Origin: Puniceicoccaceae bacterium
GTDB lineage: Bacteria > Verrucomicrobiota > Verrucomicrobiia > Opitutales > Oceanipulchritudinaceae
Direction of reading: 5' to 3'
Assembly: GCA_040830765.1 (NCBI GenBank)
Contig: JBFOMH010000006.1
Coordinates: 1-64,000, forward strand
DNA: 64,000 nucleotides
Shown here: positions 59,801 to 64,000 of the stretch, one piece after another
How positions within the stretch are numbered: the stretch's first letter is position 1
Layout: each line of letters begins with the position of its first letter
Notes under the pieces: model-generated
Database searches by the model: none
What the model saw: only the letters and a program-made list of their open reading frames with translations
What the model was told of the DNA's origin: nothing
Translations under genes and position numbers: made by a program

Positions 59801-62800
59801 ACTTCATCAATATAGGGGCTTTTGGTAACACCGAGCTAGCTTCCCTCAGCCCAGCCTCCTACGTCCTCGTGACATCTCCCGCCGGCGGTGAGACATGGCC
59901 CATTGGACAAACCTTTGATATCCAATGGCGCAGTCACGATTTCACAGGAACGGTGGACATCGTCCTGAAGAAGTCCGGAGGATTGGGCACAATCGCCACA
60001 ATTGCCTCGGGGACCGAAAATGACGGCTTGTTTGAATGGCTGGTTCCCGACACGCTCACACCTGGCAGCAGCTATATTGTCGAAGTAATCCGTAAGGACT
60101 TCGGAGCTGCCAGTGGACAAAGTGCGGAATCGTTCAGTATCTCAGAGGCGATTAGCTTCTACTACGTGAACGATGATATCGTTGACCCCAATACCTACAC
60201 AACAGCAACTGGCGACAATGCCAAGGATGGCTTGAGTCCGGGAAAACCCAAGGCATCTATTCGCGCTATTCTTGATACATACGATCTCGGTCCGGGAGAC
60301 GTCATCCTGGTGGATCCGGGTACCTACAACATCACCACAAACATTCTCATTGAAGCAGCGGATTCCGGTGTAACCATCCGTGGCTTCACCGATCCAGCGC
60401 GAACGGATCTTGTCACCGTCATTGACCGGGGTGGGTATACCCTGACTTCCTTCATCTTCGAAATCACGGGAGCAACGGATGTTACCATAGAACACATTCA
60501 GTTCCGGAATGCTCAGCGGGGAGTCTTTGCCGACACCGATAACGCGACCAATTTGACCCTGCGGTATAACTATTTCTATCTCATTCAGGAAGGTGGTATC
60601 TACCTGAATACGGGCAATGCAGGATTGCTGGTGGAGGGCAACGATTTCGAGGGCAGCGGTGGCGGCTACAATACCGGGCAAATGCAGTACGGCGTCTACT
60701 ACCGGGGCTCGGATGCCACCATTCGGGGCAATAACTTCCTGAACAGCTCACAGACTGCCATCGAAGTGAACTCCGCAGCCCATAGCGAAGGCACCCAATA
60801 CCTGATCGAGAAAAATAACATCGATGGAGCCCGACGAGGAATCGGGTTCACGGGTTCAAATAATGATGCCAACGCACTCATCCGAGAGAACACTGTCATT
60901 AACTCGGTAAGCAGCGGCATCAGAATTGGTGGAACCGGTGTGGTGGCAACGGAGAATATAGTATTCGATAATCAGTACGGAATTGAAATCTGGTATGGTG
61001 CTTTGGCCACAGGCAACCTTGAAGTTTACAATAACGATGTCGGGATTTTCTTCACCGGTCCAGGAACTGCTTCGGATAATACGGTTTACAACAACACCAT
61101 AGAGGGAATCAGGAGTACCACCAACAACACCTATATCGAAGGAAATACTTCTTACAATAATCCGATAGGGATTCGCTTCACGGTCAAAAGCTCCCTGGTC
61201 GGCAACGTGGTCCATTCAAACGACAAGGGCTTGCTCGCCGAAGGCTTGAATTCCCGGTTGGCCAGTTGGCATGGATTGATTGCGAACAATCTTGTCTACG
61301 GCAATACGGAGTTTGCCTTGCGGATTTACGGCATCTCCACCAGTGGCAATAATTCAGCTGAGATCTTCAATAACACCTTTGTGCAGGCCGGAATCGATAC
61401 GCCCGCGGTCATTCTGGACAATGCCCCAGGTCTGGACTTCCGCAACAACATCGTCTCGGTTAATGGGGGAATTGCCATGGACGTCAGTGATGACAGCCAG
61501 TCGGGATTCCAGGCCGATTACAATCTGTACTCCTTGAGGAACACCTCCGGTGCATTCCTCTGGGCGGGCGCGCCCCTCAATAACCATGCCGACTGGTTCT
61601 ATAACGTTGGTGCGGACGGACATTCGCAGTTTACAGATCCTCGCTTCGTCAATGTGGTCACCGGCGACTATCATCTAGCGCCCGACTCTCCTGGAATAGA
61701 TGCGGGTGATCCTGCCAGTGAGTTTGTCAAGGAGCCAAACCCAAGTGGCTTCCGTATTAATGTTGGTGCTTACGGGAATACCCCGGAAGCCACTCAGAGT
61801 GCCAGCAGGGCGATCCAGATATTCAATCCCACCGGACTGGACAAGCTGGTCCAGTCGAGCCCGACAAGCATTGAGTTCTTTGCTGCCGGTTTCCTTTCGG
61901 AAATCAACATGGGGCAATGGAATCTCGGACGCCTGACCATCGATGACTGGCAGCTGCTTACTAGTGTCTCCGGTGGTAATTACGACTTGAACGGGTCCTT
62001 TGGCTCGGCTGATACAAGTGGACTTGTCGATCCTGCTCCGGCCGATGTTTATGAGGAAACCTGGCAGAGTAGCTGGGGCCTTGATCAGCGTATCGATATC
62101 GCCCTTTCCCTGCTACCCGGGGAATACCGCCTGCGCCTGCATTTTGGCTCCTTCGAGAGCAGTGCCGGCCAGACATTCGATGTCATCGCCAACGGAAACA
62201 CCGTCCTTTCCGACTATGACATCTTTGTTGAGGCTGGTGGCCGTTACAAGGCATCGATAGAGGAGGTAACGGTGACCGTTGGGGCAGACGGCGCTCTGGA
62301 CCTGGCACTTGTTACCACCAGTCAGGGGTATGCCACCATTTCCGCGATTGAAGCCATTCTATTGAATCCGGATGGGCTTGCCTCACCGACATTCAACATG
62401 GAAGTTTCCTTCGATAGCGGAAACAGTTTTTCCAATGTGACCGGAGGCCTGACTCTCGATCGTTCAGGCAAGGGGTCCTATGATTGGACGCCCTTCGCAT
62501 CAACGGATGGCCCAACCGCGATGATCCGAATCAGCAGTGAGGACTTCAGTAATGCCGAGGCAGAATCCCCGCTATTCCTCATAGCCAATTCAGGTAACCG
62601 GTACTATGTGAATGACGACTCCCTTGATAATGACGTCTTCAGGACCGCGGTTGGGAACAATGCCAACAGCGGCAAGGATCCCGGCAGCCCAATGCGGAAC
62701 TTGGAAGCCTTACTCACGGTCTACTCGCCGGGGCAGGGGGATACCATTTTTGTCGATAGCGGTACCTACACACTGTCCCGAAATTTAGTTGTCACTGCAG

Positions 62801-64000
62801 AGCAAAGCGGAGTGACGATAGTGGGTGCATTCGATTCCGAGAATCCAAATGCGAAAACCATCCTCGACCGGAACAACCGCAACATCGGCTCCTATGGATT
62901 CGAGTTGGCCGGTGTCACCGACCTTACCCTGGAACATCTGACCATTACAAATGCCTACCGGGGGCTCTATGGTCCAACTGATGGGTCAAGTAACCTGACC
63001 GTTAGGAATAGTGCCTTCATCAATAACCAGAACGCAGGCATCTACCTTGAAACCGGTAATCCGGGTGTGCTTGTCGAACGCAGCCACTTCCAGGGCTCTG
63101 GCGTACCGAACCAGGGCAACCAGACGGATGGCATTTACCTCGCCACTATTGATGGAACCATTCTCAAAAACACATTCAAGGACAACTCGTCAAAGGCTAT
63201 CAACATTTTCCACAACCAGTACAATACTGAAACGGGTTACTTGATTTCAGGAAATGAAGTTGAGGGTAGTACAGACGGCATTAGTGTTAACGGACAATCC
63301 AAGAATGCCACCCTTATTGACAATAAGATCACAGACTTAACTGGCACCGGCATCGCAGTTTCTCCTGATGGGGCGCTTATTGAAGACAATAAGGTTACGG
63401 GTGGATCAACAGGAATCATCTCGTATGGGGATTCCATTCTTTTCGACAATAAAGTATCAAATGCCACAACTGGCATTTCTGCCTCGCGCGGATTAGTCAC
63501 GGATAATGAGGTGTTCAGCAATACAACCGGTCTTTCCACTGCATTCGGATCGGGTATATACCGGGACAATACCGTTTACGACAATGACACTGGCATCCTA
63601 TTAAGCCCCAACTCGGAAGTGATTGGCAACAGGATTTATAGCAACGGTATAGGACTGTTGCTACAGGAGGGCACTACGGTCGCCGGAAGCGTCAGTTATG
63701 TCCTTAATAACGTTGTTTATGGTAACACCATACATGCCCTGATGGCATCGGGACGAACCAGCAATTTGAACCAATTGGTTATTCGGAATAACACCTTCGT
63801 TCATAATGGAGAAGCGACTGCCGCGATCCTCCTGACGGATTACCCGAACATTGATTTCCGGAACAACATTCTCTCGATAAGTGATGGAACCGGCATGGAC
63901 ATCAATAACGGCAGCCAAAGTGGCTACACCGCTGATTATAATCTTTACTGGGTAGGGGGAAGTGCGACGGCGATTATCTGGGGCGACGTGGAGATTAATG
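47824..64000 (+). CDS. Giant LEPRxLL-motif surface protein, 3'-partial (>5392 aa): LCAT-like lipase/acyltransferase, about 1800-aa uncharacterised repeat region, PPC-like domain, beta-helix modules, malectin-like domain
   Basis: Translated by hand in frame 1 from ATG 47824 (MSRTRNSFALEVLEPRLLLSADP...). No stop was found, and the ORF track lists no frame-1 plus-strand ORF in this interval, as expected for an unterminated ORF. It is collinear with the giant ORF at 3-13742 from 54961 onward. Confidence 0.9.
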   Translation, partial: MSRTRNSFALEVLEPRLLLSADPMVNAVPSHEESIIGDTTAVALVEFQQSPTTSSEGENSPQEESGIFEVSDAPLAPEVESVEAADNAAPKQANLSLATVEGVSSDLSLEATQSTVTYNPADNLLLTLKAGQGPPGEAVANTNNPIATVPRPVLVVPGIAGTFAAPGAEETWYTERGISPDFLEIDPLAGFYDDILATFENAAGYKLGETLFAATYDWRMAPGPAPENGEYDGIVSGLTAASLTDDVYEFSVDYLGYWMERAVNKWTALYGEAPDGVDLVTHSTGGLVARTYIQSDAYGQSNGSIDLPIVQNLVMVGVPNRGAPKAWNPLQNDFSGDVSFQIVLSKVMLKAYELYQDGAVITGADGEISQAETPGLTPEAFINLYVPTIRGLLSTYDFLYTEGADTPIDANATEFVNEWILDLNNGLDEAFTLDEFAASDPDARNPNLFAVGDLIAQKIIVVYSTGEFTLPQTFSGEAPDPLETITTVRTFTGIQDPGDLVTNFDEFYGHQPEQGETWHRWLTTPVSGDGTVPTQSSYDQFDRDPNRERFTFLHITEPLLDADNAIIAESIGHTGLMANRQFQIGLLDNLDLLSGYDPTKISTTLANPIYETLFKVIGLQILDPIELFEQADWTEITEFAINQGIRLGLNEVSQWLGNIDKLVVEDAEDAGFITSEINPLMWPVPLTDRSIGELLSLRTFFNDFIAFPLIDYMENTPGGGTEGLVNEIKKLGDQIPDTITDGATYTFEILGNVAKGGILLLQDPRVQELLALDAEDVDQLNEAVFYVPFKYSRTSLAPLNLGAFAALQGYQIEQGAGIEFTATMEGTIVFGYDMREGVADEDRFFIRFNELDVGAQAAATNLNLSMNVGVLEAAINNGSVSGEAGIRFGFNPTARSERGNITQSQLAANSGKWDGFMSLNPASGPYGDLDVNLPLTVSYPGLTDVLAPVLTITGNDFFNKAPEVGTSGFGNLIDFSYLSPANFEDALLGMTELLDSMGSTPAMQENLPFAADLPLYSVLDLGNVLNTSIVDSLRTEDGVLTYSNLQDFINLADSTTSTSSNSGITAFGIQPLNTHSVGGTYDQANHSLTFSFEYGFQSDFQDQEFSFDYDLEPLEIFISGGAFSIDTTGVLGFDLVLDLSPPVASVKASEALPADGVLAEAAAVEVLLNGGIITNGETVVLNVDPDPTNQTAADLVADVNEAIAATYLNGVIHARLDGGNLVIETIVTGPDLSLYIFEGEGLGFAPADVATVQAVDFTQAANISVDFSAQLFASHFAAGARIGYAGVFINNGSASLDLGFSLELTPGGPVRIGDALIDLFLDPQAFSPVVGLTASGSILLEEISVDAGSGVGSPAPGASIEISLAAGAVFPLSPTDPSQFEITFNGDFSEVLKLESLDYETMVQLLRDGLGVLEDIVQFDFLNAEIPFLGGSVNDVLSLVDVFLMIIADLEASAPPTIQAFVVQLNGLLQDLLDAAFPGQGLQASVSLEFGNDDILRLDFSYLAGTTVSRRFELDPGDAIPGLQKIVDIEGSSMLEISIMAWIQFAMGIDLSNSTSPALLLFDGTDAVFELFLAAEALNFTAAAPLGFCIKNGSVYIDDGTPEQGPARAQLAFTPSGTDRMVASTVTLGDFSTSVIGEARATLPVCFPIGGDTVGDITFGLDFTDLLNPSFDGPDFVSLFSGADLLDMLGDGLDLLLRSFNDIATGDILGFEIPFFGDQLKEVVSFIIDLQAALEAAFDAAVDLTTDSIDDLLFSVVGPGGLNFLLPSGTLGLPDIGTSSGGLGDIDVQVTEIDGAIDDIRISLQLGQFIEVLSKAIDFDDGLPGLELNLDVGLVVELAWKWNLVFGVNRSSGFYFDPDIVDELQIHVNATLPDTDIGGSLGFLTLRVYEGTQNPNDTGLSLAIVVDLLNPGSTSGGLLTLGNLLGSSPGNSFDVRLNGNALMDLILVAGFAGGSGEVFDALPTFEVDFLLDWDFVDASTSGGVIGNLPNIQFSDIRLDVGTFFADFLRPIILQIEAYLEPLRDILNWLDADIEALNWRYLGRYLDQNKDGDVTLLDLAALFGLFDQRSIDFLNTLATIDGLLGAFSIGAFPDRGDGTPGSGIKISLGGYDFGGSDLRTGSFNFDPVNGFRLPDISIDDAFAGLGGNAGDYYSETQVSYSLGEGKFNFELFNPENLINLLMGNPVEFFTYKMPEFSFSFVEKYSVPIWRFPSIDVGVSFFAFFRSQLSFGYDSSGVDLFQSSGEVNDLFGGFYIEVGELVPPQLLLSGGIGGFASISLEDPIFDIGVEAGLELKVELVASFNLVDPGNGKLYFWQIADLVEERGLLKAIDCIYTIDGGIYAELSFYIDYEIDTWRKTLLRAALVEFGGESENCFSPLIGDRLETPVEGFQSNNTVLFAADIGVAPGIHLRGASISRPGDIDVYKFELLDADSIEIKLFGTPEDPASARNMELSLLNGNGQLMAMTSVGSNTKTVRGPNVLPAGTYFVRIASTDRTQGAYSLDIDPATSSSTRVFYVNGPYFEDQELPHAFYSLAGGNDSHPQAGLSPEHPALTLDRVLQYGLTPDDLVLFDTGTYTEAIQLTGDHAGFTFAGAPSTPYREFDESFNFGSTLEGAPSGTRLSVDGADNLTVAKFVFSENQTGLAISNTTAFRGVDLNFRSNGTAMVVSASPDMTLDGVSVAGGVDRAQGSGLVINQSGNFKLTNATFSLVESGISLSNVNTALIENVNSTRADTFITAEDGLDLTLRNALLEGGELETFLGRTYYTAVRSNTAIDIDNYTIVAINNVDANRYLTGALVRNASNVSIQSFDTTDVGTGFRGYSLSTMTIESSDLRGTENGLRIQGPSIIPAPSTNITLQGVVVGPLTTGPFDSMDYGADAYISEVTDLEILSSTFYQGALKVVGSTDITMANSQVIEGTTEFINNTTLNISNSSFTAMEGSNAFLLGVRDSDGTNSITGIVMEGPGKGLNIEQSQNFAITGSTFEDMETAIRIAGDSTTQSSGITIEGNTFSRGEDGIVVANAQVSGIAITDNTLSDFGGVGIDVQGSAELRDNRVQRSNIGIRFDSGTPGMWGNSVWDSIVGIFGSGYLGNDDYTASSFNRVYNNGTGIYAQDGAVVAFNKVHNNDAGIVVLGDVDVHHNLVYDSVNVDVQLGLSDGAALWNNTIHSTGTAALQLTLVTTNTDLRNNIVWSEGGTTLFIDATSGDGLTSDYNNFYVSGGGVLIDWKKTIDDLYDWQVETGQDLHSIGTTQLEPMQDKPNFVAGDSNRHVEDLVSTTINAGDPSFAFDNEPGPSGGPNGLRINQGVYGNTTQAALSPASYIRVLSPNYYTDYTLADARRISWESFNVTGNVVVELFRDGVGKLEDLATVDVENLPPQVLEQPDSEGSIIWSPQSSGLTGNIDDRYFINVVSSDDSNLVDRSREVFSVPADSTEFFVNNDSQDGDLLTSAIGNNRNTGTSAGDPKAIVFGILDNYSLSSGDTVSVDTGAYIHLRDVLISSAAENGNNEAFVLTGPSDTTDQVIFDRASTRAETHSILLDDASFVTISNLTLENGNVGVEATNGSTFLTVDNVEIREHAGTQIFIHSGSDRATLNDLYIHHGESHGIVVDAVLEIISNTSVQFNAGWGIRLNDSGNGKVENSAISGNSGGGIFVDNDVTDTVTTIGFEDLSQDRGNIISDNGGNQVDSRSNAAVIGNAIFHSFGSALEGTGTGIHMLEGEARYNVIYGHASGIVSTYEFNSGNSVGSLIEYNRIFKNTVEGIRLNTSFGDVVTGNVIYSTPTGIYMSNSSSFAGATTFTNNLIYKTEDIGIYLNRADGFAFTNNTIYALSGDALVARYSPNGDIRNNIFYVNSGPAIDLDVPSEEGISSDYNIFQLTDFGTIGLWAGGSRGNLTEWQNVSFLDQNSLETDPLFVDPDGDDDMLGYGNLVQDGRDDNFHLQSTEGSIRNGSLAPVQDLGTGRVRWEVSGTEVDAALSPGIDRGDSSFAFDQEPSPNGNFINIGAFGNTELASLSPASYVLVTSPAGGETWPIGQTFDIQWRSHDFTGTVDIVLKKSGGLGTIATIASGTENDGLFEWLVPDTLTPGSSYIVEVIRKDFGAASGQSAESFSISEAISFYYVNDDIVDPNTYTTATGDNAKDGLSPGKPKASIRAILDTYDLGPGDVILVDPGTYNITTNILIEAADSGVTIRGFTDPARTDLVTVIDRGGYTLTSFIFEITGATDVTIEHIQFRNAQRGVFADTDNATNLTLRYNYFYLIQEGGIYLNTGNAGLLVEGNDFEGSGGGYNTGQMQYGVYYRGSDATIRGNNFLNSSQTAIEVNSAAHSEGTQYLIEKNNIDGARRGIGFTGSNNDANALIRENTVINSVSSGIRIGGTGVVATENIVFDNQYGIEIWYGALATGNLEVYNNDVGIFFTGPGTASDNTVYNNTIEGIRSTTNNTYIEGNTSYNNPIGIRFTVKSSLVGNVVHSNDKGLLAEGLNSRLASWHGLIANNLVYGNTEFALRIYGISTSGNNSAEIFNNTFVQAGIDTPAVILDNAPGLDFRNNIVSVNGGIAMDVSDDSQSGFQADYNLYSLRNTSGAFLWAGAPLNNHADWFYNVGADGHSQFTDPRFVNVVTGDYHLAPDSPGIDAGDPASEFVKEPNPSGFRINVGAYGNTPEATQSASRAIQIFNPTGLDKLVQSSPTSIEFFAAGFLSEINMGQWNLGRLTIDDWQLLTSVSGGNYDLNGSFGSADTSGLVDPAPADVYEETWQSSWGLDQRIDIALSLLPGEYRLRLHFGSFESSAGQTFDVIANGNTVLSDYDIFVEAGGRYKASIEEVTVTVGADGALDLALVTTSQGYATISAIEAILLNPDGLASPTFNMEVSFDSGNSFSNVTGGLTLDRSGKGSYDWTPFASTDGPTAMIRISSEDFSNAEAESPLFLIANSGNRYYVNDDSLDNDVFRTAVGNNANSGKDPGSPMRNLEALLTVYSPGQGDTIFVDSGTYTLSRNLVVTAEQSGVTIVGAFDSENPNAKTILDRNNRNIGSYGFELAGVTDLTLEHLTITNAYRGLYGPTDGSSNLTVRNSAFINNQNAGIYLETGNPGVLVERSHFQGSGVPNQGNQTDGIYLATIDGTILKNTFKDNSSKAINIFHNQYNTETGYLISGNEVEGSTDGISVNGQSKNATLIDNKITDLTGTGIAVSPDGALIEDNKVTGGSTGIISYGDSILFDNKVSNATTGISASRGLVTDNEVFSNTTGLSTAFGSGIYRDNTVYDNDTGILLSPNSEVIGNRIYSNGIGLLLQEGTTVAGSVSYVLNNVVYGNTIHALMASGRTSNLNQLVIRNNTFVHNGEATAAILLTDYPNIDFRNNILSISDGTGMDINNGSQSGYTADYNLYWVGGSATAIIWGDVEIN

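Noticed and set aside
47726..63918. Many short ORFs listed by the track in this interval
   Set aside because: All are off-frame or antisense to the single uninterrupted frame-1 giant ORF starting at 47824.

Overview
GC-rich bacterial DNA. The gene content suggests Verrucomicrobiota (probably Opitutales); this is inference from protein motifs. The window is bracketed by two giant, collinear paralogous surface proteins built from right-handed beta-helix modules, malectin-like domains and Ig-like domains. The first (<3-13742, >4579 aa) enters from the left edge, ends in a dockerin-like domain and is followed immediately by a secreted cohesin-like protein. The second (47824->64000, >5392 aa) is absent from the ORF track because it has no stop codon in the window. 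It starts with an LEPRxLL motif followed by an LCAT-like lipase/acyltransferase domain with an intact Ser-Asp-His triad. Between them lie an ECF sigma factor, DUF1015, a metal permease, a GtrA/sulfotransferase/GT4/deacetylase operon preceded by a degenerate ATP-grasp gene, fhs, Sel1 and TPR proteins, tRNA-Arg(CCT) with att-like flanking motifs, a serine hydrolase, a glycan-processing cluster (DUF1080, Tat aldo-keto reductase, CotH kinase, DUF4038, DUF1593, GH-like protein, CE8) and a phosphotriesterase-family enzyme. The best candidate for an undescribed system is cohesin-dockerin anchoring of a giant adhesin family, one member of which carries a lipase, together with two recurring candidate sorting domains. 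All domain calls are by eye from motifs; no database searches were run.
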